Positions 18,198-28,085 of a stretch of 64,000 bases of DNA are shown one piece after another. This stretch comes from Anaerolineae bacterium (GTDB lineage: Bacteria; Chloroflexota; Anaerolineae; CAZYHC01), in contig DAOULT010000051.1 in the NCBI GenBank assembly GCA_034417895.1, forward strand, positions 4,996 to 68,995, read 5' to 3'. The notes beneath the pieces were generated by a model, which was not told the DNA's origin, made no database searches, and worked only from the letters and a program-made list of their open reading frames with translations. How positions within the stretch are numbered: the first letter of the stretch is position 1; the number at the start of each line of letters is the position of its first letter. A program made the position numbers and the translations under genes.

Positions 18198-19280
18198 CTA
18201 TCCTGCCTCCGCCACACGGCTCCGGATCAGATTGACATAAGCGATCCCAATAAAGGTGACGAGAAACAACAGCACATAGGCAATGGCTGCCGATCCGCCT
18301 AAGTCCAGGGCGCGCCAACTGATGTAGGCCTGCAAAGTCAACGACTCCGTGGCCGTACCCGGCCCGCCATTGGTCAGCACATTGGGCAAATCTACGATCT
18401 TAAAGGCTTCGATCATCCTGATCAGGATCAGGGTAGTGCTGACCGGCAGGAGCTGCGGCAGGGTGATGTGCCAGAAGGTCTGCCAGCGGTTGGCCCCGTC
18501 CACCAGGGCCGCTTCAATCACTTCGACCGATTGGCCCTCCAGGGCGGCTAACAGCACAATAAACATGAAGGGCGTCCATTGCCATATATCGCTGATCATC
18601 ACCGCGGCGCGCGCCCCCCACGGATTGTTGACCCAGGAGAATAAGCCCAGTCCCAACGCCTGCCAGATAGGCTGGAATGGCCCTTTGTCGGTATCGGTCA
18701 ACATGCGGAACGTATAGGCAATCCCCACCGGGGTAATCATCATCGGCAGCAGGAAGACGACGCGAAAGAATCGGCGGCCAGGGATACGTTGGGTCACCAG
18801 CATCGCCAGGCCAAGCCCCAGGATGTACTGAACGGCGATGCCGAAAAAAACGTAGAGCAAAGTGACGACTATAGTGCCTGGCCGGCCAGGCGGGATGAGC
18901 GTCCACACCAGCAGCCAGACGAGCAGGCCCACCAATGACACGGCCAGGAGGCGCCCGATCAGTCCCCCGACAGAGTACTGTCGGCGGCGGATGTAGCGCA
19001 CCAGGGAGAAGGCTAAGAGCGCCATAACGACCGCGAACACCAGCCAACCGAGCGGCGAGAGGCCGGCCATGCGACCCAGGAAGTGGCTTTGCTCACTGCC
19101 GAACAGCAATTTACGATAGTTAGCCAGCCCGACGAATTTAAATTCGAACCCGCCTCGGACAAAGCGGAAACGTGAAAGAGACAGATAAAGGGAGATGATT
19201 AAGGGGAAGATAGCCAGAAAAAGCACTACCAGGACGGCGGGCCAGATGAAGGCGTTGCCGGCCGCACGTTCTATCCGCAT
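18198..19280 (-). CDS. Carbohydrate ABC transporter permease (MalF-like).
   Basis: EAALVDGANRWQTFWHITLPQLLP. The start is trimmed to ATG 19280 (MRIERAAGNAFIW). The upstream part of the track ORF is hydrophilic read-through. Confidence 0.75.
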   Translation of the reverse strand: MRIERAAGNAFIWPAVLVVLFLAIFPLIISLYLSLSRFRFVRGGFEFKFVGLANYRKLLFGSEQSHFLGRMAGLSPLGWLVFAVVMALLAFSLVRYIRRRQYSVGGLIGRLLAVSLVGLLVWLLVWTLIPPGRPGTIVVTLLYVFFGIAVQYILGLGLAMLVTQRIPGRRFFRVVFLLPMMITPVGIAYTFRMLTDTDKGPFQPIWQALGLGLFSWVNNPWGARAAVMISDIWQWTPFMFIVLLAALEGQSVEVIEAALVDGANRWQTFWHITLPQLLPVSTTLILIRMIEAFKIVDLPNVLTNGGPGTATESLTLQAYISWRALDLGGSAAIAYVLLFLVTFIGIAYVNLIRSRVAEAG

Positions 19281-19380
19281 AGTCAACCTATGCCATGGGC
19301 TATTAGAGTCTAGAGGGGTCTCAAGGCCTGGCCCAGGCCGGGCCGGGCCTTGAGATCTTTTTTCCACTTGTTGCATGGGA

Positions 19381-20871
19381 TTACTTGGTAATGCCGAGCG
19401 AGCCGCGGTAGGCTTCAAGTTGCTCCTCGCGGCCCAGTTCTTCGGTGATCTCCTCCCAGCCATCGTACATTTTACTTTCGAACTCGTCCAGGGTGATCTC
19501 ACCGGCCAGGTACTGGCTCATGGCCGTGTCGAGCACCACCTGCAGGTAACGCTGGTTCTGCGGGATGCGCAGGTCCAGCACCATATTCGGACTGGCGAGG
19601 CTATCCTCGATGGCGCCCAGGTAATAGTCGGCTGCCATCTCGCTCATCCCTGCTTCCACCCACGGCTCACGACTCTTGAATTGCGAGGTGCGATAGGGGT
19701 TGAAGCCCGTCTTGCCGAGGGTGACGTCCACGTTAGCCTGAGCCGGCTGGGCCATGTAGGAGAGGAAGGCGTAAGCCGCGTCCTTGACTTTGGGGTCAGC
19801 GGCGGCATTGATCCCGCCCGACCATCCGCCGAAGCAGGCATAAGGGGCGTAGTTCACCCCATCCACGGCGTAGGGGCAGTTTTCCTCGTCGCAGGGTACC
19901 AACTCGCCGGTCTCCCAGTCAACCACCTCGGTGGTGCCAGGCGTAACGACAGCTCCAACCATGTCCTGCACCTTCGAGGTATCCGGGTCAATGGCCAGCG
20001 TGCCGATGTCCCCCCAGTCCAGGGAGAGGGCGCAACGACCGGTGACGAATAGGCTGCGGGTGTCGCCCACGTCCATGTTCAGCTCCTCCGGCGGGCCGTA
20101 CTTGGTGGTCTCCTTGAAGATTTCCATGGCCTTCCGCCAGCCATTGTTTTTGACCAGCGGCTCCATCGTCTCGGTGTTGAAGAAGGAGCCCTGGCCCGTG
20201 CCCTGGGTCTGCACGAAGGAGGTCACGAACGACCAGACAAACTGCCAGCCCTGAGCGCCCCGCTTCTTGGAGATGCACGAGCCATAGTCGGGGTCGCCGT
20301 CCCCATTCAGGTCCTTGCCGTGGAAGAATTCGGCAATTTTGAGGTAGTCATCCCAGGTCTTCGGTGGCTCCAGGCCCTCCTCCTCCAGCAGGTCGGTGCG
20401 ATAGTAGACCATGTGGAAGTCACCGTCCAGCGGGATGGTGTAGATGCGGCCACTGTAGGTGGCGCTGAAGTTGCGGAAGAAGGGGGCCACATCTTCCCAC
20501 TCCAGGGCCTCGTCGGCCGCTATGCGGTCGGTCAGATCTTCCAGGTAGCCGGGGGTGATGTAGTCCACCATCCACTGCGGCGCAAACACGAAGGCGTGAA
20601 AACTGTTCGTCCCGGTTGCCATGTCGGTCAGAATCTTCTGGTACAGGTCGCTGAAGGGCACGATCACCACGTTGACCTTGGCCCCGGTCAGCTCCTCGAA
20701 GTCGGGGGCGCGTCGCTGGAGCGGTTCGGCGATCTGCGGGCCGGTGAAGGTAAGCAGGTCAACGGTTACCCCTTCGAAGGGCTTCTCCTGGGCTGGATCT
20801 GCGGCCTGCGCCGGGCCCACCAACATACTGAAAAGTACCACGATACTCAACAGAGCTACCAGCTTTCTCAT
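19381..20871 (-). CDS. Extracellular solute-binding protein, carbohydrate ABC.
   Basis: Signal peptide MRKLVALLSIVVLFSMLVGPAQA. 496-aa SBP-family composition. Heads the permease pair. Confidence 0.75.
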   Translation of the reverse strand: MRKLVALLSIVVLFSMLVGPAQAADPAQEKPFEGVTVDLLTFTGPQIAEPLQRRAPDFEELTGAKVNVVIVPFSDLYQKILTDMATGTNSFHAFVFAPQWMVDYITPGYLEDLTDRIAADEALEWEDVAPFFRNFSATYSGRIYTIPLDGDFHMVYYRTDLLEEEGLEPPKTWDDYLKIAEFFHGKDLNGDGDPDYGSCISKKRGAQGWQFVWSFVTSFVQTQGTGQGSFFNTETMEPLVKNNGWRKAMEIFKETTKYGPPEELNMDVGDTRSLFVTGRCALSLDWGDIGTLAIDPDTSKVQDMVGAVVTPGTTEVVDWETGELVPCDEENCPYAVDGVNYAPYACFGGWSGGINAAADPKVKDAAYAFLSYMAQPAQANVDVTLGKTGFNPYRTSQFKSREPWVEAGMSEMAADYYLGAIEDSLASPNMVLDLRIPQNQRYLQVVLDTAMSQYLAGEITLDEFESKMYDGWEEITEELGREEQLEAYRGSLGITK

Positions 20872-21145
20872 TTTACTTCCTCCTTTTCAATCTGGGTTGC
20901 TCGTTCGTATATCTACGAGACGGCGTTGTCCTATGAGCCTGAAACACGATAGACATTTGTGGGGGGCACATCACCTCCTTTCGTCACTCATTATAGTACG
21001 CGCAGGATTGCTAAATGAGCATGATAGGGTTGGGCGAGGAATCTGGCAAACACCGGAGCATCGTCCCACTGAGATGATATTATAACGATTACGGCAATTA
21101 TTATAACCTTTTTCGCTTTCTCTGTCAAGGCGTGTTTGGCCTCCG

Positions 21146-21190
21146 GGGTCTGTCCAAATTTCGGGAGGCGAGATTTTGGGGTAAAATGGG
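21146..21190 (+). promoter_or_regulatory. Copy 2 of the 46-nt conserved element: GGGTCTGTCCAAATTTCGGGAGGCGAGATTTTGGGGTAAAATGGG.
   Basis: See copy 1 at 2295..2341. Intergenic, between the SBP start and the upstream gene stop. Confidence 0.4.
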
Positions 21191-21387
21191 TGAAAGCATC
21201 AAATAGAGGTGAGAAATGAGGAGCTTGAGTCAACAGAAGAAAGAGAAAGAGCACTTTGTGAACGCTGCGGCAGAGGCACGATACATCTCCAACGTCGGCT
21301 TCGGGATAGTCTTTTTTTCCACCCTTGTTGCCGACGCAGGTCCATAGACCATCCAATTGGCCGCGTTCTATATTGCTCAACAGCATT

Positions 21388-23040
21388 CTAAAAACCGACC
21401 AGGCGGATATCGTCCACCCACACCGTGCCTGTATTGCGCCCCTCCTCTGCGACAAAGCCGAACCAGATGCCCACCACCTGAGCAGGGTCGAACTCGGAGA
21501 GGCCGGCCCCACCCGCCCAGTCGGGCTTGATGAAGCCCTCCCAGGGCAACTCTACCAGCGCCCAATCGTCCACGCTCTCCGCCGGCGCTTCAAACCAAAA
21601 CTCGAAAGGGGTTGGCTCTCCAGAACCGTCAACGTATAGCGTCACCCCCAAATCCTGATCGGCCCGGTCGCCGTGCAGACGCATAGACAGGCCCGTTCCG
21701 CCGCTCCAATCCTGGGGGGAGTCATAAGAGCGGCCACAGCCACACCAGCCCCAGGGGGCAATGTCATATTCCATGCGCAGCGAGGTAGCGCCATTATAGT
21801 ACACCTCGCCATCCAGGCGGTACTCGAAGGTGGTATCGCCCTGTTCGTCGGTGTATGGCGACCATCCCTCGTATGGGCCGTATGTTCCTTCAAAATCGTC
21901 GATCAGGCCCGCCGCCCTTGGCTCGGCTACTTTTTCCTGCTTCTGTTCTTTACCACCTTCTTCGTCTGGAGGTGGCGTCGGGACTGCGGTGGGGGGCGGA
22001 GGCGTTTCGCCTGGAGGTGGCGTCGGGATTGCGGTGGGGGGCGGAGGCGCTTCGCCGGAGGCCGCAGCCAGGTAGCGATTGTAGTAAACGTTAAGCACAG
22101 GGACGAACTCGCCGCTGGCTTTCTGGTTGCCGGCGGGACTGGGGTGGTCATCGCCGTCGGTGGGGTATTCCGAGACATTGGGATTGGCGTCGTCGTCGCC
22201 GTCAAAGATGTGTTGGATGGCGCCGTCGTGGTAGCGATGGTGGTTGCCGCTGTCCCGCCCCAGGTCGTTAGTGTCAGGGTGGCCGCCGTTGGTGGTCAGC
22301 ACGTTGTAAAAATCAAAGACGGCCACGTTGCTGTAGGGGTAACCGGCCAGCCACTCGTAGACCAGCCAGTTGTTGAAGGCCCGCGCGTTGGCGGCGTAGG
22401 TGGGGTCCTGAACAGGCGGCGCGGTGATGACCACGAAGAGCCTGTCCTGCCGGGTGGCGAAGTACTCCAGGAGATCATTGTAAACTCTCTTGGCGCTCCC
22501 CACGGTGAGCCAGTCGTCGGTCGAGGGAGGATCGTTGGGATTGCCCTCCAGATTCGAGTTGGGGAAGCAGGACTTGAACATAATGATCTGGTTCTCGCCG
22601 CCGGGGTCAGCCAGGGGACGGGTGTAATAAGAATTCTGGTCGTTCAGGGTGTATAGAGCGTTCAGATAGGCGCCGCTGTTCGGGCCGCGAAACCATTCCG
22701 GCCAGTCCAGGATGTCGGTGCGGTCGCCGATGCTGTCCGGCCCCCAGCCATAGTTTGTGTCGCTGACGAAGTAGTTGTTGTTTGCCAACGCCATTCCCAG
22801 GCCACCATGGTCATCGGCCAGCCAGTTTTCCCCGCACGAATGGTGGATGAAGACCAGCTTCACCACTCTGTCGGGCGGGTGGGGATTATCGGCCTGGGCC
22901 GCGTTGGTCTGGCCGGGCGCCGCCATTCCCGTCCCGGCAAAAAAGGTTCCCAGCAACAGGGCGCAGAGCGTCATAATCGCCAGACATAGACATAACTTCC
23001 GCTTGTTTTTCATTTGAATCCTCCTTTGCTCACTACTCAA
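21388..23040 (-). CDS. Secreted protein. It has an N-terminal catalytic-like domain (unknown), a Pro/Thr-rich linker (PPPPTAIPTPPPGETPPPPTAVPTPPPDEE), and a C-terminal beta-sandwich/carbohydrate-binding-like domain.
   Basis: Signal peptide. PT linker encoded by a 45-bp tandem duplicate (21967..22056). C-terminal ...GIWFGFVAEEGRNTGTVWVDDIRLVGF resembles CBM-type domains. Confidence 0.6.
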   Translation of the reverse strand: MSSEQRRIQMKNKRKLCLCLAIMTLCALLLGTFFAGTGMAAPGQTNAAQADNPHPPDRVVKLVFIHHSCGENWLADDHGGLGMALANNNYFVSDTNYGWGPDSIGDRTDILDWPEWFRGPNSGAYLNALYTLNDQNSYYTRPLADPGGENQIIMFKSCFPNSNLEGNPNDPPSTDDWLTVGSAKRVYNDLLEYFATRQDRLFVVITAPPVQDPTYAANARAFNNWLVYEWLAGYPYSNVAVFDFYNVLTTNGGHPDTNDLGRDSGNHHRYHDGAIQHIFDGDDDANPNVSEYPTDGDDHPSPAGNQKASGEFVPVLNVYYNRYLAAASGEAPPPPTAIPTPPPGETPPPPTAVPTPPPDEEGGKEQKQEKVAEPRAAGLIDDFEGTYGPYEGWSPYTDEQGDTTFEYRLDGEVYYNGATSLRMEYDIAPWGWCGCGRSYDSPQDWSGGTGLSMRLHGDRADQDLGVTLYVDGSGEPTPFEFWFEAPAESVDDWALVELPWEGFIKPDWAGGAGLSEFDPAQVVGIWFGFVAEEGRNTGTVWVDDIRLVGF

Positions 23041-23153
23041 CGTCTATAAACCTCAGCCTGGGACTGAGGATCCCAGGCTAAGAGCCAAAGTGCGCTCCAG
23101 CGCACTGCCTTCTAAGTATGGTGGAGCATGAGGCTTTGATCCTGATGCTGTGC

Positions 23154-23411
23154 TCATCTGATTACAAAAGATAAGGCGACGAGCACCACCAGCATCGAGG
23201 CAGCCAGGATGGCTATGCGCTTCAGATCGGAGTACACGTAGCGATACTCCTGGCTGAAATCGATTTTTTTCGCCCCGGAGGTGGCGCCGGGAGCAACAAT
23301 GCCCCTGGATTCGGCGGCCCGCAGGGTAAGATCAGGTCTCACCCCGGCGGGAGGAGCGGGCGACCGTTTCTTTCCCGTGCTTCGTCGCGCTCGACGTGAT
23401 TTCTTAGCCAT
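23154..23411 (-). CDS. Small basic protein with a C-terminal TM anchor (hypothetical).
   Basis: ORF with N-terminal K/R-rich segment and C-terminal hydrophobic helix ILAASMLVVLVALSFVI. Confidence 0.4.
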   Translation of the reverse strand: MAKKSRRARRSTGKKRSPAPPAGVRPDLTLRAAESRGIVAPGATSGAKKIDFSQEYRYVYSDLKRIAILAASMLVVLVALSFVIR

Positions 23412-23451
23412 CTATTCTGCACTCTCCTTTTCTGGATTTCTCATTGAGCTT

Positions 23452-24387
23452 TCATTTCGCTAACTCAGCGATAACCACCAGTCGATGGGTATCGATAAGA
23501 TAAGGATAACAGGTCATCAGGGTCAGGACCGGCTCAATGGTGGGGTACATAACACTCACATCGGTAGGCTCGACAATACGCTTGGCTTTGACAAAATAAT
23601 GGTAAGGTTGCTCACCAGCATAGAGGATGATCTCATCCTCCAACTCAAGTTTGTCCAGGTCTCTGAAAATTGCGCCGAAGATATCGTTGTGGGCGGAAAT
23701 GAAACAGTTCCCTCTCTCGCCGGGATTGGCCGAACCGGTATGGTGTCCTGCTCCTTTTTTCAAGGATTCGGGATCGTCTCCTTCGACTACGGGAGCATCG
23801 ACGCCAATGGCCGGCATGACAATGCGGGTGGCCGCCTCGGGGCCAGGGGTAGGAATGGGAATAGCGGGCAGAGGTTGAATCAGCTTACGCATGTGTTCCG
23901 GTATTTCCCCTTTGTCCGTCGGCGGGGCGTGACCACCAGGCAAGATCGCAACGTCTATCAGGGGCGTGGGCGTCGGGGTGGGACCTTCCCTGGCCTGAAC
24001 CATCTCCTGGTTCAGGACGCGCAAATTGAGCACAGAACTGACGAGGACAAGGATCAGGCCCGCCAGAGAAGCCACCTCCAGGATCAAAAGCACCCTGTCC
24101 CTTAACCTGGCCCAATCGCGGGCCTGTTTCTGGCCTTCAGTTTTTGAGGGCTTCGTCTCGGTGGCGCGGAACCTGGTGGGGGCGTTCCGGGGCCTGGGAG
24201 AGAGCTGAGGGGGGAAAGGCTTTGTCGTCGGCGTCGCTTCCTCACTGGGGAGAGGCAGATCGTCGGCCCTCCGACCGGTGGCTGCCAGACGGCGCAAACG
24301 TTCCTGGCGGGCCGCCTGCCGCTTCAGGATCAATATCCTCTCCAGTTCCTCGATGGTCAGATCATCGACTGCACGTCTATCCGCCAC
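23452..24387 (-). CDS. Sortase-family transpeptidase (class E-like) with a long N-terminal Pro-rich extension and TM segment.
   Basis: Catalytic region ...HNDIFGAIFRDLDKLELEDEIILYAG...VLTLMTCYPY (TLxTC motif). Membrane anchor LLILEVASLAGLILVLV. Confidence 0.7.
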   Translation of the reverse strand: MADRRAVDDLTIEELERILILKRQAARQERLRRLAATGRRADDLPLPSEEATPTTKPFPPQLSPRPRNAPTRFRATETKPSKTEGQKQARDWARLRDRVLLILEVASLAGLILVLVSSVLNLRVLNQEMVQAREGPTPTPTPLIDVAILPGGHAPPTDKGEIPEHMRKLIQPLPAIPIPTPGPEAATRIVMPAIGVDAPVVEGDDPESLKKGAGHHTGSANPGERGNCFISAHNDIFGAIFRDLDKLELEDEIILYAGEQPYHYFVKAKRIVEPTDVSVMYPTIEPVLTLMTCYPYLIDTHRLVVIAELAK

Positions 24388-24548
24388 TCTTGACCTCGCA
24401 TCAGGGTTTCTAATAAACTTAATCCTGATTTATTATACCTCTCCCTGTCTTTCCCGTCAAGTTTGAGGATCCCAGGCGTCCCAGATTTTTGGTAGGCGCC
24501 CGCAGAAACCAGGTTTTTGCTAAAAAAACGTAGAAATGTTTATGGTCC

Positions 24549-24577
24549 TTGACAGGTTGTTCCTTTTCCTGTATAGT
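24549..24577 (+). promoter_or_regulatory. Sigma70-like promoter TTGACA-17-TATAGT upstream of the BNR gene.
   Basis: TTGACA at 24549..24554. 17-nt spacer. TATAGT at 24572..24577. Confidence 0.5.
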
Positions 24578-24647
24578 GGACTCACGGGGTTTTTGTATGG
24601 AAAAAGAAGCATGACGCAGAGCCGCTGATCTGATATTTGGAGGATAG

Positions 24648-25805
24648 GTGAATATGAAAGCGGTCGTTATTTTACCCGTTGGCCTGATGGCGCTGGCGTT
24701 GGTGGCCTTCACCGTCGGGCCACAAGGGGGCGAGTGGAGACAGATCGCCTTTAGCGGCCAGGAAGTGCATCAGGTAACCGTCGCTTCCTGGGGGGAGATA
24801 TACGTCAGCCTGGGCGCGGACCTGCAACGTAGCGACGACAGCGGCCATTCGTGGCAAAGCATCGGTGCGGGGCTGCCGGAGCGGCCCGCTGGAGCCGATC
24901 CGTGGCAGATCATCCCCGGCCCGGCCCGGCCAGAGGAGCTATACGCCTACGCGCCCGGCCAGTCCCCTTTCATCAATCTTGGCTGTTCGGCCACCCTGGC
25001 CCGTTCCGACGATGGCGGCGCCAGTTGGGTTCAACTCCACCCCCCGAACCTGCCCTGGCGGTATGCTCCGCCCGAAACCCTCCCGCCCAACGCCCTCTCT
25101 ATCCACCCCCATCCCCTCAGCGGCGAACTGTATGTCTGGGAATTTCTCGCCGCCGACCCTCGCAGCGGCGGCCTGGAGGCCCTGCTTCGCTCGTCGGACG
25201 GGGGACAGACCTGGACGGAGCTACCCCTGCCGCCCAAACCACCCCGGGCTACCTGGGCCAACCGGCGATTCTTCGGCTTTCACCGCTACGGGGATGACGC
25301 TATCTTGTACGGCCAGGTCAAGGATGTGGCCTACACCTCGGTGGCTACCAATCCGATTTACCTCCATCGTTCCCTGGACGGAGGGCTTACCTGGGAAGAG
25401 ATCCCCCTGCCGGAGGAGAGTCCTTTTGCTCGCTACGCTCCTATCCCAGACAGCGAGGAGCTATACGTGGCCCTGGCTTCCTGCGAAGGCTGGCAAGAAG
25501 GGAACGTGTCCCTGTATCGCCTGGGACCCGGCGGAGCGGAACGGCAGGGCCGGTTACCTCTAACAACCGGGGCCTTCCCCTATTTCGACCTGGCCTTAGA
25601 CCCGGCGGACGGCGACCGCCTGGCCTGCGCTGAGCTACCCCAATATCCTCATTCTCCGCCTGTGGAGAGTGTGTCGGTCCGCGAGGATGGCGGGGCCAAT
25701 TGGCTGACCCTGTCTCTGCCCCATCCCCTGAACGTCCACGACGTGGCCTTTGGACGCTCCACTCTCTACCTGGCCACCGATGATGGCTTTTGGGTTTACG
25801 ACTGA
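24648..25805 (+). CDS. Secreted BNR/Asp-box repeat protein (sialidase-like beta-propeller, Ycf48-like).
   Basis: Signal peptide. At least 5 Asp-box repeats: SDDSGHSW, SDDGGASW, SDGGQTW, SLDGGLTW, REDGGANW. Confidence 0.75.
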   Translation: MNMKAVVILPVGLMALALVAFTVGPQGGEWRQIAFSGQEVHQVTVASWGEIYVSLGADLQRSDDSGHSWQSIGAGLPERPAGADPWQIIPGPARPEELYAYAPGQSPFINLGCSATLARSDDGGASWVQLHPPNLPWRYAPPETLPPNALSIHPHPLSGELYVWEFLAADPRSGGLEALLRSSDGGQTWTELPLPPKPPRATWANRRFFGFHRYGDDAILYGQVKDVAYTSVATNPIYLHRSLDGGLTWEEIPLPEESPFARYAPIPDSEELYVALASCEGWQEGNVSLYRLGPGGAERQGRLPLTTGAFPYFDLALDPADGDRLACAELPQYPHSPPVESVSVREDGGANWLTLSLPHPLNVHDVAFGRSTLYLATDDGFWVYD

Positions 25806-26467
25806 TCGGCTTCGCTTTCATCCTCCTCACGTGGACTACCGTAAACCCCCCGATATTCTTCCGGCAAAAGCTCGGCGATGTGGTACATGATCAGGTCAGT
25901 CAGGCGTTCCAACTCTTTGCCTCTGGCCTTTTTGGCCGTGTTGGGCAGGGTGAAAGGCTCTCCGAAGACTATCCTGGCTTCAGGACGGCGCAGCCTCTTC
26001 CAACAGGTGAAGAACTTATCAATGCCACTCATCCCTGCCGGAACGATGGGCACCCCTGCTCGTAGAGCGATGTAAGCTACTCCGGCCCGTCCTTTTTTTA
26101 AGGCGCCGTCGGGGCTTCTGGTGCCTTCTGGAGCCAGCCCCAGCGGCTCGTCCCGCTCCAGGAGGGAGAATACCTCACGCAGGGCCTTGCGGTCCACTTC
26201 GCCCCGCCGGATGAACACCGGGCCGCCAGCGCGCAGCAGAAACCCCAGAATGGGCTTACGTCTCCACTTGTCGGCCATCAGGGGCCTGACCCGGCGAGGT
26301 AAAGAAACCATCAACAGAACCGGATCGAAGAGGTGAATGTGATTGGAGACGACGATGAAGGGGCCGGTGGCAGGCACGTTTTCCCGTCCCACCACCTTCC
26401 AGCGGGTGAGAAGGCGAAAGGCCACACTGAGGACGGCTTTGAAAAAAGCGTAAAAGAAGGCGGTCAT
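25796..26467 (-). CDS. plsC: 1-acyl-sn-glycerol-3-phosphate acyltransferase (PlsC family).
   Basis: H(X)4D motif VVSNHIHLFD. PEGTRS motif. Confidence 0.8.
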   Translation of the reverse strand: MTAFFYAFFKAVLSVAFRLLTRWKVVGRENVPATGPFIVVSNHIHLFDPVLLMVSLPRRVRPLMADKWRRKPILGFLLRAGGPVFIRRGEVDRKALREVFSLLERDEPLGLAPEGTRSPDGALKKGRAGVAYIALRAGVPIVPAGMSGIDKFFTCWKRLRRPEARIVFGEPFTLPNTAKKARGKELERLTDLIMYHIAELLPEEYRGVYGSPREEDESEADQS

Positions 26468-26510
26468 AAGTGCATATCTCCCATTCTCAACTCCCCACTC
26501 CTTATTCCCT

Positions 26511-27551
26511 TCATTCTACCCGTCGGCCTTGAACCTGAACAGTATGGGTCACGATCTCGCTCCCGGCCGGAGAGAGGTTGGCCTGGAAAGGGACACTCTG
26601 GCCTGGAGCCAGAACGCTGGTCGTCAGATCGATGGCCCGGATGCTGGTCACCAGCCCTGCGGCGTCGTAGGCAGTGATTACCACGGTGACCGCCTCAGCT
26701 TCGCTCTGGCCGGTATTCCTGACCTCTCCCGTGACCACGTAGTATGACAGACCCTCCCCGGCTTTTCCCTGATGATTGACGACTGCCAGGTCTCGATAGG
26801 CGGATCCCAGACGGGCCACCATCACGGCGCTCAGGGCGATAGCCTGGTATTTAGCAAAGGTGAGGGGCGGCTCCTTAAAAAGAACGGCAAAGGGAGCCCG
26901 CCTACCGGAGGGAATGATATCCAGAGCGGTGAAGGCTGTGGCTCTGGCTAACACCTGGTTTTGTTCGTCTTGCAACGAGACTTCTACCTGGACATACTCA
27001 ATGTCGGCGGTGGTGATGTTGTGCATCTCCCCCAGGAACCACAGACCGCCGGCCGGCGTTTCGTAGAGGCCCACGTTCTCGATGGCGTAGGGCACGGCGG
27101 TAGGGGTCGGGGTAGGGGGGCTGGTCTGCGAACCCTCGTCCTGGGGGATGACCAACTCCTGTCCGATCTGCAACCGCCGGGGATCGATGATCCCGTTGGC
27201 CTCCTGGATGGCCTCGACGCTCACCCCGAACCGGGCGGCGATGCCCAGCAGGGTATCACCTTTTTGCACCACGTGGATGATGGGGGTGGGGGTAATGGTG
27301 GGGGTAAAGGTCGGCGCTGGCGTGGCAAACAATGGCGTGGCTGTGGCTTGTGGCCCTGAAGTGGTCTCGGCCTGAACCGTAGGGGTAGGAACGGTGGGCG
27401 TCGGAGTGATGATCTGACCACAGGCGGACGATGCCAACGTGACCAGGACAAGCACGAATAACGCCTGCGAGCTTGCCTTGTAACAATGCCGGCGGGCCTG
27501 TCGCGCCGGTGAAATTGCAAGCTCGTTTCGCCGCTGAGGGAGCATTTTCAT
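26511..27551 (-). CDS. LysM domain-containing secreted protein with PT-rich linkers.
   Basis: LysM: HVVQKGDTLLGIAARFGVSVEAIQEANGIIDPRRLQIGQELVIP. Signal peptide. TPTPTVPTPTV linkers. Confidence 0.75.
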   Translation of the reverse strand: MKMLPQRRNELAISPARQARRHCYKASSQALFVLVLVTLASSACGQIITPTPTVPTPTVQAETTSGPQATATPLFATPAPTFTPTITPTPIIHVVQKGDTLLGIAARFGVSVEAIQEANGIIDPRRLQIGQELVIPQDEGSQTSPPTPTPTAVPYAIENVGLYETPAGGLWFLGEMHNITTADIEYVQVEVSLQDEQNQVLARATAFTALDIIPSGRRAPFAVLFKEPPLTFAKYQAIALSAVMVARLGSAYRDLAVVNHQGKAGEGLSYYVVTGEVRNTGQSEAEAVTVVITAYDAAGLVTSIRAIDLTTSVLAPGQSVPFQANLSPAGSEIVTHTVQVQGRRVE

Positions 27552-27609
27552 GGTCTATCCCATACCCCTTGATTTAGAGCAGATTGCCGGAAAGCTGCGA
27601 ATCACAGCG

Positions 27610-28071
27610 TCATACATCCGCATTTGCTTTTTCCTGTCGGCAGCGGGCGCACAGTCCAGACATATCGATGTGTACCCGGCGGACCTCAAAGTCGTTCTGC
27701 TGTCCCACCTGGTCCCTCAGTTGCTTGATCAACGCGCTCTCGAACTCGACAATTTGGCCGCAAACGGAGCAGATCAGGTGATGATGCTCGGTCTCGTCTT
27801 TGAACTCGTAGTAGTGGTGCCCGTCTTCCGGGAAGTGAAGCTCGATGATCAGCTCCATCTCTTTGAGCATGTTAAGGGTGCGGTAGACGGTAGACAGGCT
27901 GATAAGGGGAATCTCTTGCCGGGCCAGATGATAGATTTCGTGGGCATCGAGGTGCCCTTTGCTGTCGTGGACGATCTGTAAAAGCAAAGACCGCTGGGCC
28001 GTTATACGCCTGCCCCGGGCGCGCAGAATCTTCTTGATATTATTCAGAGCTTGAGCTTCATTATCGGACAA
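27610..28071 (-). CDS. Fur-family metalloregulator (Fur/Zur/PerR).
   Basis: Winged helix, then HHYYEF...HHHLICSVCGQIVEF...CARC metal-site motifs. 153 aa. Confidence 0.85.
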   Translation of the reverse strand: MSDNEAQALNNIKKILRARGRRITAQRSLLLQIVHDSKGHLDAHEIYHLARQEIPLISLSTVYRTLNMLKEMELIIELHFPEDGHHYYEFKDETEHHHLICSVCGQIVEFESALIKQLRDQVGQQNDFEVRRVHIDMSGLCARCRQEKANADV

Positions 28072-28085
28072 TGTAATCTCCTTTC

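Noticed and set aside
21209-21391. 60-aa plus-strand ORF downstream of the second 46-nt element.
   Set aside because: Low-complexity Arg/Cys-rich sequence overlapping the 3' end of the secreted-protein gene on the opposite strand. It is unlikely to be coding.
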